In this document: one piece after another, positions 1-8,992 of the stretch
Numbering within the stretch: the first letter of the stretch is position 1
How the letters are laid out: every line of letters starts with the position of its first letter
Origin: an uncultured Solirubrobacteraceae bacterium
GTDB taxonomy: Bacteria; Actinomycetota; Thermoleophilia; Solirubrobacterales; Solirubrobacteraceae
Assembly (NCBI GenBank): GCA_964588985.1
Contig: CAZPQW010000002.1
Coordinates: 160,001-224,000 of the forward strand
Length of the DNA: 64,000 bases
Direction: 5' to 3'
The notes under the pieces: generated by a model
Told to the model about the DNA's origin: nothing
The model's database searches: none
Seen by the model: only the letters and a program-made list of their open reading frames with translations
Translations under genes and position numbers: made by a program

Positions 1-2
1 GG

Positions 3-875
3 ATCCTCGGCTCGTGGAAGCTCGCCGGCGGTGGAGTGACCGGCATCTACGGCATCGGCGTCGCTGTGATGGGGCTGCTGTCGCTGACCGGCCTGATCGT
101 CGCGCTCGACGCCTTCGGTCCGATCACAGACAACGCCGGAGGGATCGCCGAGATGGCGGACCTGCCGGAGGACGTGCGCAAGGTCACCGACCGGCTGGAC
201 GCCGTCGGGAACACGACCAAGGCCGTGACGAAGGGTTACGCGATCGGCTCGGCGGTGCTCGCGGCGATCGTGCTGTTCGCCGGGTTCCAGAAAGAAATCG
301 AGGCCAAGCTGGGCCACTCTCTCTCCTTCGGGATCAACGAACCGCCCGTCCTCATCGGCCTGCTGCTGGGTGGCCTGATGGTGTGCCTGTTCGCGTCGCT
401 GTCGATCGAGGCGGTCGGTCGCGCCGGCGGCGCGGTCGTCGAGGAGGTGCGTCGCCAGTTCCGCGAGCACCCCGGGATCATGGACTACACCGAAGAGCCC
501 GACTACGCGGCCTGCGTGGACATCGTGACGAAGACCGCGCAGCGCGAGATGATCCTGCCCTCGCTGCTGCCGATCGGGCTCACGCTGATCGTCGGCCTGA
601 TCGACCAGCAGGCGCTCGGCGGACTGTTGATCGGCGTGATCGTGGTGGGCTTCTTCTTCGCGGTGATGATGACCGCGGGCGGTGGCGCGTGGGACAACGC
701 GAAGAAGCTCATCGAGGATGGCTCCTTCGGCGGCAAGGGCTCCGACGCGCACGCGGCGTCGGTCACCGGCGACACGGTCGGGGACCCCTTCAAGGACACG
801 GCGGGTCCCGCGATCAACCCGATGATCAAGGTCGCGAACATCGTCGCGATTCTGATCATCCCGCTCATCACCTGA
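3..875 (+). CDS. hppA: Membrane-bound H+-translocating pyrophosphatase, C-terminal part (5' end outside window), K+-independent type
   Basis: Motifs [31 protein letters not shown] and [14 protein letters not shown]. Lys in GNTTKA marks the K+-independent subfamily. Confidence 0.95.
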   Translation: MLGSWKLAGGGVTGIYGIGVAVMGLLSLTGLIVALDAFGPITDNAGGIAEMADLPEDVRKVTDRLDAVGNTTKAVTKGYAIGSAVLAAIVLFAGFQKEIEAKLGHSLSFGINEPPVLIGLLLGGLMVCLFASLSIEAVGRAGGAVVEEVRRQFREHPGIMDYTEEPDYAACVDIVTKTAQREMILPSLLPIGLTLIVGLIDQQALGGLLIGVIVVGFFFAVMMTAGGGAWDNAKKLIEDGSFGGKGSDAHAASVTGDTVGDPFKDTAGPAINPMIKVANIVAILIIPLIT

Positions 876-998
876 GACCAGAAATGAATTGCGGAAGCGG
901 TCACGCCCGCGGGGTTTCCCCCGCAAGGCGTCGGCCGCGCCGCGCTCCGGCCGCTCGCGAAGGATCTAAGCTCAACTCGGGATGAACGGCGGATAGGT

Positions 999-1196
999 AT
1001 GAACGGCGGACAGGTACATCGCACCGGCACGTTCGTGCTCTCGCTGGCGATGGTGGCGATCGGGCTGGCGTTGATCGTGCAGGTGATCGCCGGCAACGCG
1101 AGCGCGATCTCACCGCGGATGCTGCTCGGAGTGCTGTTCCTGGCGGCGGGAATCGGACGCGCGTACGTGGAGATCCGCCGAGGTCGCGGCGTATGA
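999..1196 (+). CDS. Small 2-TM membrane protein (65 aa)
   Basis: Two hydrophobic helices; stop overlaps the next start (ATGA). Confidence 0.7.
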   Translation: MNGGQVHRTGTFVLSLAMVAIGLALIVQVIAGNASAISPRMLLGVLFLAAGIGRAYVEIRRGRGV

Positions 1197-3238
1197 GCGC
1201 GGAGGACGGCGGGGGAGACGGCGAGCTTCCCGCTTCGGGGGCCGAGCGAGTGGGCGCGGAGCTCGCGGAGCGCACGCGGATAATGGCAAAACGCAGTATC
1301 GGCTCGCCGATCCTGTTCACGATCGTCTACTCCTCGCTGGCGAGCGCGATCTACTTCTCACTCGGGGTGATCGCGGGCCATGCGCTTGGCCTCACGCCGG
1401 TCGTCTTCCTGATCGCGGCGCTGCTGTTCACGCTCACCGCGATGACATACGTGGAGGGCGCGTCGCTGCACCAGGACAGGGGCGGCGCGACGGTGTTCGC
1501 GCGCTACGCGTTCAACGAGCTCGTTAGCTTCGTCGCCGGCTGGGCGATCCTGCTCGACTACATCATCCTGATCGCCGTCACGGCGTACTCCGCGACGCAG
1601 TACCTGCGCACGTTCTGGAGCCCGCTCGGCGACCGCGACGAGGCGCTCGGGCTCGCACTCGCGTTCATCGCGCTCGTCGTGCTGAGCAACATCCGCGGGT
1701 TCGGCGGACGTCGCGCGCGCAGGGTGGGGATGCTCGTGGCGGGCGATCTCGCGCTGCAGGGCTTCATCGTGGTGCTCGGCCTGGTGCTGTTCTTCAACCC
1801 GCACACGCTCGTCAACCCGATCCACCTCGGCAGCGCGCCGAAGTGGTCGGATCTGATCTTCGCGCTGACGGTCGCGGTGATCTCCTTCACGAGCCTCGAG
1901 TCCGCGTCGGGGCTCGCGGGCGAGGTCAGGATCAGCCGCGGCGGCCTGAAGCGGATGGTCGCGAGCGGAACCGCGACGGTCGTGTTCCTGTACGTCGGGA
2001 TCGCGCTCGTGGCTATCACCGCTCTGCCTGTGCGTCACGGGAGCACCGAACTCGCGACCCGCTACCTGAACGCGCCGATGATCGGGATCGTCAAGCACGT
2101 CCACCCGCACTGGCTGAGCAAGTCACTCACGTATCTCGTGGCGGGCCTCGCCGCGGTCACGCTCGTGGCGGCCGCGAACTCGGCGATGCTCGGCCTCTCG
2201 CGGCTGGCCTACTCGCTCTCCACCAACCGCCAGATCCCCAGCGGACTCGGGCGGCTGCACCCGCAGCGCTCGACGCCGTACGTGCTGATCATCCTCGCGG
2301 GCCTCGCGGCCGCCGCGCTGGTGGTGCCCGAGGACCTCGACTTCCTCGTCGGGATCTACGCCTTCGGCGCGATGCTCGCGTTCACGATCGCCCACCTGTC
2401 GATCTGCCGCCTGCGCTACACCGAGGCCGACCGCGACCGCCCCTACCGGGTCCCCCTGTCGATCTCCTTCCGCGGCGGGCAGCTGCCGCTGCCGGCGGTG
2501 TTCGGCGCGTTCGTGTCCGCCGCCGGCTGGGTGGCGGTGATGGTCGTGCACGAACCGGCCCGCTACGTGGGTCTCGGCTGGATGGCGCTCGGCGTGACCC
2601 TCTACGTGGTCTACCGGCGCGCGGACGAAACCTCGCTGCTGAAGCGCGTGACGGTGCCGGCGCGCGTGCTGCGCGCCGAGCAGCAGCCCGAGCGCGACTA
2701 CGGCTCGGTGCTCGTGCCGCTGTTCGGCACCGACCTCGACGATGACATCGTGCAGACCGCCGCGCTGCTCGTCGCCGGCGAGCAGACCGACGAGGCGGCG
2801 ATCGACTCGGCGACGATCGAGGCGCTGTGGGTGTTCGTGATCCCGATGTCGCTGCCGCTGGACGCGAGCCTCCCCGACGCGCAGATCAAACACGCCCGCG
2901 GGGTGCTCGCGCGGGCGAAGGCGGTGGGGGAGGAGTACACCGGCGTGCACGTCGCGACCGCGACCGTGCGCACGCGCCGCGCGGGCTTCGCGATCGTCGA
3001 CGAGGCCAAGCGCCGCGGCGTGGAGGCGATCGTGCTCGGCGCCGAGGAACCGTCCCTGATCCGCGGCGGAGGGCGTCTCGGGGGGCGTGGCGGCCCGCTG
3101 GAAGGGTTCGTGGGGGACGTCACCAAGTACGTGATCCGCAAGGCGGCGTGTCGCGTGATCGTCACCGCGCCCGCCGCCCGCGACTCCCCGGTGGAGCAGG
3201 CCCGCCGGGCAAACCGGGCCGCGGCTCCCATGGGCTAA
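1193..3238 (+). CDS. APC-family permease with C-terminal USP-like domain (probable K+ or amino acid transporter)
   Basis: About 12 TM segments with APC-like TM1 and TM6 (SFTSLES), then a USP-like tail (VLVPL...AIVDEAKRRGVEAIVLG...VTKYVIRKAACRVIV). Confidence 0.85.
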   Translation: MSAEDGGGDGELPASGAERVGAELAERTRIMAKRSIGSPILFTIVYSSLASAIYFSLGVIAGHALGLTPVVFLIAALLFTLTAMTYVEGASLHQDRGGATVFARYAFNELVSFVAGWAILLDYIILIAVTAYSATQYLRTFWSPLGDRDEALGLALAFIALVVLSNIRGFGGRRARRVGMLVAGDLALQGFIVVLGLVLFFNPHTLVNPIHLGSAPKWSDLIFALTVAVISFTSLESASGLAGEVRISRGGLKRMVASGTATVVFLYVGIALVAITALPVRHGSTELATRYLNAPMIGIVKHVHPHWLSKSLTYLVAGLAAVTLVAAANSAMLGLSRLAYSLSTNRQIPSGLGRLHPQRSTPYVLIILAGLAAAALVVPEDLDFLVGIYAFGAMLAFTIAHLSICRLRYTEADRDRPYRVPLSISFRGGQLPLPAVFGAFVSAAGWVAVMVVHEPARYVGLGWMALGVTLYVVYRRADETSLLKRVTVPARVLRAEQQPERDYGSVLVPLFGTDLDDDIVQTAALLVAGEQTDEAAIDSATIEALWVFVIPMSLPLDASLPDAQIKHARGVLARAKAVGEEYTGVHVATATVRTRRAGFAIVDEAKRRGVEAIVLGAEEPSLIRGGGRLGGRGGPLEGFVGDVTKYVIRKAACRVIVTAPAARDSPVEQARRANRAAAPMG

Positions 3239-3267
3239 CCTCCGCGTATGCCCAACCTCCCCCTCGC

Positions 3268-3696
3268 ATGTTCGTCCTGATCGTCGGCGCCGGACGCGTC
3301 GGCTCGGCGGTTGCCAAGTCCGCGCTCGCATCCGGCCACGAAGTCTCCGTGCTCGACCAGGACCCGCTCTCGCACGAGCGCCTCGATGCGGGCCAGAGCC
3401 AGACGTGGGAGGACTCAGGCGGACAGTTCACCGTCGGCACCGCGCTCGAGACCGACGCCCTGATCCAGGCGGGTGTGGAGCGCGCGGACGTGTTCATCGC
3501 CTCCACCGCGGGCGACAACACCAACCTCGTGATCGCGCAGATCGCCCAGAAGCGATTCGGCGTGGAGAAGACGATCGTCCGTGTGATGGACCCCGCGCGC
3601 GCGGACTGGTATGGCGAGCAGGGCCTGCAGACGATCTCTCCGACCAAGCACGCGATCGACATGTTCAAGCGAGCGCTAGAGCCGGAAGCGGTCTAG
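3268..3696 (+). CDS. trkA: TrkA-family RCK_N-only protein
   Basis: MFVLIVGAGRVG Rossmann motif, ADVFIAST.GDNTNL, RVMDP. Real start is ATG 3268, inside track ORF 2827..3696. Confidence 0.85.
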   Translation: MFVLIVGAGRVGSAVAKSALASGHEVSVLDQDPLSHERLDAGQSQTWEDSGGQFTVGTALETDALIQAGVERADVFIASTAGDNTNLVIAQIAQKRFGVEKTIVRVMDPARADWYGEQGLQTISPTKHAIDMFKRALEPEAV

Positions 3697-4374
3697 ATGT
3701 ACGCGATCATCGCCGGCGCCGGCAAGGTCGGGCGCAACCTCGCACGCGAGCTGATCTCCAAGGACCACGAGGTCACGCTGATCGAGTCCTCGCGCCCCCG
3801 CTACCTCACCAGCGAGGAGGAATTCGAGCACGCCGTCCAGTACGGCGACGCGACCGAGCTGTGGGTCCTCGAGCGCGCCGGCATCCAGCGCGCGGACCTC
3901 GTGATCGCGGTCACGGGCGACGACGAGGACAACATCCTCGTGTGCCAGGTCGCGAAGGAGAAGTACCTCTGCGACCGCGTGATCGCGCGCGTCAACAACC
4001 CGCGAAACCACGACCACTTCAGGCTGCTCGGCATCCAGCCCGCGGTGTCCGCCACCGACCTGATCCTGCGCCTGATCGAGCACGAGGTGCCCCGCTACGG
4101 CCTCGTCCATTTGCTCGCTCTCGAAGAGGAGCGCCTGGAGATCATCGAGCTCGAGGTCGCCGCCGACGCGCCCACTGTCGGCGAGCTGGTCGCCGACATC
4201 GCGCTGCCGGAGGGCAGCCTGATCATCTCCGTGCTGCGCGGCGGCGCGGGGTTCGTGCCCAAGCACGACACCACGATCGAGGCGGGCGACGAGGTGCTGC
4301 TCGTGCTCGACCCGGGCCTCGAGGAGGCGATCACCGCCTTCTTCGCGCCCAACGGGCACGCCGCGCAGTTCTGA
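3697..4374 (+). CDS. trkA: TrkA-family K+ uptake regulator (RCK_N + RCK_C)
   Basis: IAGAGKVG, GDATE, AVTGDDEDN, ARVNNP and a C-terminal RCK_C (IEAGDEVL). Confidence 0.92.
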   Translation: MYAIIAGAGKVGRNLARELISKDHEVTLIESSRPRYLTSEEEFEHAVQYGDATELWVLERAGIQRADLVIAVTGDDEDNILVCQVAKEKYLCDRVIARVNNPRNHDHFRLLGIQPAVSATDLILRLIEHEVPRYGLVHLLALEEERLEIIELEVAADAPTVGELVADIALPEGSLIISVLRGGAGFVPKHDTTIEAGDEVLLVLDPGLEEAITAFFAPNGHAAQF

Positions 4375-4408
4375 GCGGACGATTGGCTATCCTTCTCCGC
4401 TGACACTG

Positions 4409-4481
4409 TCCGGGATAGTCCAATTGGCAGTGACGCCCGGTTCTGGTCCGGGAGATTGGGGTTCGAGTCCCTGTCCCGGAG
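4409..4481 (+). tRNA. tRNA-Gln(CTG)
   Basis: Acceptor TCCGGGA/TCCCGGA, anticodon arm CCCGG-TTCTGGT-CCGGG, T-loop GGTTCGAGTCC; CCA not encoded. Confidence 0.95.
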
Positions 4482-4488
4482 TTGATGG

Positions 4489-4519
4489 CGCCCCGTATAT
4501 GCGGGGCGTTTCGCGTTTC
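4489..4519 (+). terminator. Probable intrinsic terminator after tRNA-Gln
   Basis: Hairpin CGCCCCGT-ATAT-GCGGGGCG followed by TTTCGCGTTTC. Confidence 0.6.
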
Positions 4520-4597
4520 AGGGGGTGCTCGGGCCAGGATTCGGGGCAGTAGTGCGATCGCACTCTGGGCAGGTGCCGGAGCGGATATCGTGAGCGC

Positions 4598-4912
4598 GTG
4601 CTCGATGACGCGGTGATAGCGGAGGCTGGGCGTCGGTTGTCAGAGGCGGCGCCGCCGCGCTCACGGGTGATCCTGTTTGGCTCCGCCGCACGTGGGGAGT
4701 TGACGCGTCACAGCGATCTGGATTTCCTGGTGATCGAGCCGGAGGTCGAGAACGCCGCTCTGGAGTCAGTGCGGCTGCGTAGGGCGCTGGGCGATCTGGT
4801 GCTGGCCGCGGACGTGATCGTCGCGAGTGAACACCGGGTGAAGGAGTGGCGAGACGTGCGCGGAAGCCTCATTCATGCGGCGCTGGCCGAGGGCAGGGAG
4901 CTGGCGGCTTAA
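4598..4912 (+). CDS. Minimal nucleotidyltransferase (MNT), antitoxin of an HEPN-MNT pair
   Basis: LFGSAARG...SDLDFLV (GS plus DxD) in 104 aa. Confidence 0.9.
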   Translation: MLDDAVIAEAGRRLSEAAPPRSRVILFGSAARGELTRHSDLDFLVIEPEVENAALESVRLRRALGDLVLAADVIVASEHRVKEWRDVRGSLIHAALAEGRELAA

Positions 4913-5352
4913 TGGCCAGCAAGCAGGATCTCGCAGAGCAGCTTCTTCGTCGCGCCGAAACGGATGCGGCCGGGGCCAGGGCGATGCTGCCGATCGACGA
5001 AGTGGCGGATGTGCTCGTCTGCTTTCACGGCCAGCAGGCTGTCGAGAAGGCGCTCAAGGCCGTGCTTGCTGCCCGCGGCGTGGAGTTTCCCTTCATTCAT
5101 GACATCAGTGGCCTGGCCAAGCTGTGCAGGGAAGCTGGCGCACCGCTACCGGGAGAGATGGATGGTGCAGACCTGCTGACGCCGTACGCGGCTGGGCTGC
5201 GCTATGACGATGACACGGTGCACGCCATAGAGCGTGAGACGGCGTCAAGCTTGGCGAGCGCCGCCGTCAAGTGGGCGCGGAGCCTGGTCGAAAAGACTGA
5301 AAGTGGACAGCAATCCTCGACCGAACCTGAAGGCGTTGAGGGAGACTCCTGA
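4912..5352 (+). CDS. HEPN-domain protein, partner of the MNT
   Basis: FHGQQAVEKALKAVL, HDISGL, PYAAGLRY; start overlaps the MNT stop (TAATG). Confidence 0.9.
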   Translation: MASKQDLAEQLLRRAETDAAGARAMLPIDEVADVLVCFHGQQAVEKALKAVLAARGVEFPFIHDISGLAKLCREAGAPLPGEMDGADLLTPYAAGLRYDDDTVHAIERETASSLASAAVKWARSLVEKTESGQQSSTEPEGVEGDS

Positions 5353-5412
5353 CGCCCGCTTCTGGTTCGGGAGTGGTGCCAGTCCAACGCCGGCTTTGGA
5401 AGAACTGCGCGC

Positions 5413-5871
5413 ATGGGAAACGTAGTTGTGCGCTGCGCCTCAGAGGCGGACCTCGATGCCCTGCTGTCGCTTTACGCGGAGCTGGCGGGAAGCAAGATCA
5501 CGGCCGCACCGGCTGATCGCGCCAGCGCCGAGCCTCTGTTGGCGGAGATCTTCGCCGATCCGAGGCGCGAGCTGGCGGTCGCGATAGTGGAGGGGCAGGT
5601 CGTCGGAACAGCAGACCTCATAGTCATCTCCAACCTGACCCATCGCGGCGAGCCGTGGGCAATCGTCGAGAACGTCATCGTCGCCGATGGCGCTCGTCGC
5701 GCCGGGGTGGGGAGGGCGCTGTTCGAGCATCTGCTCGAGGTGGCCCGCACGGCGGGTTGCCACAAGCTCCAACTCCTCTCCGGTAAGCATCGTGCGGAGG
5801 CGCACGCCTTCTACAGAAGCATGGGCCTCGACGCCATCGCCGAGGGCTTCAAGATCTATTTCGACGAGTAG
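5413..5871 (+). CDS. GNAT family N-acetyltransferase
   Basis: VENVIV...RRAGVGRAL acetyl-CoA motif; AHAFYRSMG. Confidence 0.88.
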   Translation: MGNVVVRCASEADLDALLSLYAELAGSKITAAPADRASAEPLLAEIFADPRRELAVAIVEGQVVGTADLIVISNLTHRGEPWAIVENVIVADGARRAGVGRALFEHLLEVARTAGCHKLQLLSGKHRAEAHAFYRSMGLDAIAEGFKIYFDE

Positions 5872-6524
5872 CTCATTCGGCGGGTGTGTGCTGGGGCTCG
5901 CACATAGGCGCGCACGATCGCCGTGATCTCGCCAGCGATCGTTTCAGGGCTGGCTCCTGGCGGAGGGCGCAGGACGAGACGGTGCGTGAGGCCCTCGATC
6001 GTCGCGATCACGATACGCGCCGTCACCCGGGGATCTGCGGGACGGAAGCGCGGGTCGTCTGAGAGCGCGTCCGCCGTGATGTCGACGAGTCGGTCTTCCA
6101 GCTCGTCGAGTTCCGCGCGGAGCGCCGCTGGCAGCGGCGTCTCCTCGAAGAGCACGCGGTGAAGGCCCGGCGCGAGTGCGTGCATCGCAACCATCGCATT
6201 GACGACATCAGGGAGTACGTCGTCGAAGCGAGCACCACGGCCCAGCCGTTCGATGTGCGGGGCGAGGGCGGCGGTGCCTTGAGCGAGGTGTCGGTGCACG
6301 AGCGCGACGAGGATCGCGTCCTTGCTCGGGAAGTACTGGTAGAGCGAGCCGATCGACACGCCGGCTCGCTCGGCGATCCGGTTGGTGGTACCGGCCGCGT
6401 AGCCGTGACGCTCGAAAACCTGAGCAGCCGCCTCGAGGATCGCGTCCACGGTCGTCTGCGATCGCGCCTGCTTGGGGACCTTGCGCGGCTCGAGCCTCCG
6501 CCTGGAAATGCGAGTTGACGACAT
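5856..6524 (-). CDS. TetR/AcrR family regulator
   Basis: PKQARS...AILEAA...TTNRIAERAGVSIGSLYQYFPSKDAI. Confidence 0.92.
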   Translation of the reverse strand: MSSTRISRRRLEPRKVPKQARSQTTVDAILEAAAQVFERHGYAAGTTNRIAERAGVSIGSLYQYFPSKDAILVALVHRHLAQGTAALAPHIERLGRGARFDDVLPDVVNAMVAMHALAPGLHRVLFEETPLPAALRAELDELEDRLVDITADALSDDPRFRPADPRVTARIVIATIEGLTHRLVLRPPPGASPETIAGEITAIVRAYVRAPAHTRRMSYSSK

Positions 6525-6549
6525 GCGAGTAATTGCTCAGGATATCGGC

Positions 6550-7191
6550 ATGGATATCGCGATGCCAACGCTTGGACTCGCGCTGCTTGCGCTCTACGGC
6601 CTGCTCGCCTTCGGTGTGCGGATGGCTGTTCAGATGCGCCGGACGGGCTCGACTGGCTTCAACGGCCTGCGCGGCGCGTCGGGGCTCGAGCGGGTCGGCG
6701 GGATGCTGTTCGCGTTCGCGGTCGTGCTCTGCGTGGCGGGCCCTGTGCTCGAGCTCGCGCATGCGGTCAGCCCGGTCGAAGCGCTCGCCGGAGATGGCGC
6801 GGACACCCTCGGGGTTGCGCTCGCCTGTTCGGGAATCGCGATCACCTCGGTCGCCCAGTTCGCGATGGGCGACGCGTGGCGCGTCGGTGTCGATCCCTCC
6901 GAGCGCACCGAGCTGGTCACGAACGGACCGTTCTCGCTCGTGCGCAACCCGATCTACGCGTCGATGATCCCCTCCTTCGCCGGCATAGCGCTGCTCGCCC
7001 CGAACGCCGTGACGATTGCAGGGGCCATCGGCCTGATGGTGGCTCTCGAGCTGCAGACGCGGCTCACAGAGGAGCCGTATCTCGCGAGGATCCACGGCGA
7101 GCCATATGCCGCGTATGCCAGCCAGGTCGGTCGTTTCCTCCCAGGGGTAGGTCGCCTGCAGCGCATTGGCGTCGCCCAGCCCGGCGCCTGA
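6550..7191 (+). CDS. Isoprenylcysteine carboxylmethyltransferase (ICMT/PEMT-like) membrane protein
   Basis: MGDAWRVGVD...LVTNGPFSLVRNPIY...EEPYL...G..Y..Y...VGRF; divergent from the TetR gene. Confidence 0.88.
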   Translation: MDIAMPTLGLALLALYGLLAFGVRMAVQMRRTGSTGFNGLRGASGLERVGGMLFAFAVVLCVAGPVLELAHAVSPVEALAGDGADTLGVALACSGIAITSVAQFAMGDAWRVGVDPSERTELVTNGPFSLVRNPIYASMIPSFAGIALLAPNAVTIAGAIGLMVALELQTRLTEEPYLARIHGEPYAAYASQVGRFLPGVGRLQRIGVAQPGA

Positions 7192-7268
7192 TCTTGAGAA
7201 CTGGCGGAGGACCGCTCGGCTGTGTGACGTAGCATCGACTCGGTGTCAGCGTCTGGCGGGAGCCGCTC

Positions 7269-7703
7269 ATGACAGAGGTGCAGGTGCTCGAGGTCTCGCT
7301 CGCAGAGACGCGCGCCCTCCGACAGGCCGTCCTGCGCCCGCACCAAACGGTCGACGAGATGGCCGCCGACGAGCCAGCAGGCTCGTTCGCGATCGGCGCC
7401 TTTGATGGGGAGGCACTGATCGCGGTCGGGCTCGTGGGGGCGGACGGCGAGCCGGGTGCGTGGCGGGTGCGTGGGATGGCCACAGCACCCCACGCGCGTG
7501 GGAAAGGAGCGGGCGCCGCCGTCCTAGACGCGCTCGTCACGCATGCAATCGCCAATGGCGCGACGCGCGTGTGGTGCAACGCGCGCACCCCCGCTAGGTC
7601 GCTCTACGAACGCGCGGGCCTCCGCGCCGTCTCCGAGGAGTTCGAGATCCCAGAGATCGGCCCGCACTTCGCGATGGAGTGGAAGATCGGCAGCGCTCGG
7701 TAG
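7269..7703 (+). CDS. GNAT family N-acetyltransferase
   Basis: LRQAVLRP, RGMAT...RGKGAG, VWCNAR, LYERAG. Confidence 0.88.
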   Translation: MTEVQVLEVSLAETRALRQAVLRPHQTVDEMAADEPAGSFAIGAFDGEALIAVGLVGADGEPGAWRVRGMATAPHARGKGAGAAVLDALVTHAIANGATRVWCNARTPARSLYERAGLRAVSEEFEIPEIGPHFAMEWKIGSAR

Positions 7704-7725
7704 CAGCGGTAGTACATTGCCCGCG

Positions 7726-8520
7726 ATGTTCGACCTCGACGCCTACCTCGACCGGCTCGGGCTCACAGGACGCCCAGATCTAGCAGAGCTCCACAGCGCG
7801 CACGTCGCGGCGATCCCGTTCGAGAACCTCGACCCGCACAACGGCGTGCCGGTGTCGCTGGAGATCGAGGACCTGCAGCGCAAGCTCGTCCGCGAACGCC
7901 GCGGCGGTTACTGCTTCGAGCAGAACCTGCTGCTGAAGGCCGCATTGGAGGCGCTCGGCGCCGAGGTCGACCTGATGCTCGCGCGCGTCAGACGAGGCGC
8001 TCCGCCCGGCACGATCCGCCCCCGCACTCACCTGGTGTTGCGGATCCGCTCGGAAGGCGCAACCTGGCACGCGGATGTCGGGTTCGGTCTCGGCACGCTG
8101 CTCGAGCCGATCCCGTTCGGTCCCGGTGATGTCCACGAGCAATCCGGCTGGCGATTTCGCGTGGTCGAGGACGGACAGGAGCTCGTGCTGCAGACCGCCG
8201 ACGATGCCGACTGGATCGACCTCTACGCCTTCATCCCGCAGCCCGTGCCGCTCGTGGACGCCGAAACGAGCAACTGGTTCACGTCGTCCAACCCGCGCTC
8301 CCCGTTCGTCACCGGGCTGATCGTCGCCACCCAGCAACGTGACGGCACACGCACCTCGATGAGCGACTGGAGCGAGCTCGCGATCACCGAGCAGACGCCC
8401 GCCGGCAGCACCGTCACGCCAGTGTCGCGCGAGGCGATCCCGCAGATCCTCGACGAGCGCTTCGGCCTGCCGGGCTTTGAGCTGAACGACGACGGGCGGG
8501 TCGTTCCCGCCCGCCGCTAG
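7726..8520 (+). CDS. nat: Arylamine N-acetyltransferase
   Basis: FDLDAYLDR, IPFENLD, RRGGYCFEQN (Cys), THLVL (His), ADVGFG (Asp). Confidence 0.93.
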   Translation: MFDLDAYLDRLGLTGRPDLAELHSAHVAAIPFENLDPHNGVPVSLEIEDLQRKLVRERRGGYCFEQNLLLKAALEALGAEVDLMLARVRRGAPPGTIRPRTHLVLRIRSEGATWHADVGFGLGTLLEPIPFGPGDVHEQSGWRFRVVEDGQELVLQTADDADWIDLYAFIPQPVPLVDAETSNWFTSSNPRSPFVTGLIVATQQRDGTRTSMSDWSELAITEQTPAGSTVTPVSREAIPQILDERFGLPGFELNDDGRVVPARR

Positions 8521-8545
8521 CCACTTCTCGCCGCGCCGACCCGAC

Positions 8546-8938
8546 CTACTCTCCGCTGGGCCAGGCAGCCTCGCCCATCTCGCCGTCGCCCTCCTCCGGC
8601 CTTGCGCTGCCCACCGCGACCAGCTCCAGCCCGTCCGGGCCAGCCTCGAACGCCCGGACGACCTCCGGTGCGACGCGCAGCACGTCCCACTGGCGCAGCT
8701 CGTGCACCTCGCCGTCGAGCAGCGCCCGACCGGAGCCCGCCACTACGACGTAGGCCTCCTCCTGCACGCCGTGCTTGTGGGCGATCGGGCTGCGTATGTT
8801 CGCGGCGTAGCGGAACAGGCTCACCCCGAGATCGCGCGAGTCGAGGTGTTTGCGCGCGAAGCGGCCATCGATGCCGGGAGCGCGACCGCCGGTGGCATCC
8901 TCGAGATCCAGCAGGTTCACGACGGCGAAGCTCGACAT
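8546..8938 (-). CDS. Cupin-domain protein
   Basis: HKHGVQEEAYVVVAGSG cupin motif. Confidence 0.8.
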   Translation of the reverse strand: MSSFAVVNLLDLEDATGGRAPGIDGRFARKHLDSRDLGVSLFRYAANIRSPIAHKHGVQEEAYVVVAGSGRALLDGEVHELRQWDVLRVAPEVVRAFEAGPDGLELVAVGSARPEEGDGEMGEAAWPSGE

Positions 8939-8992
8939 TGAGTCTCCTCTGGTAGGGCTGACTTGGACCTTCTGACTTCACCTTAGCGGTGA

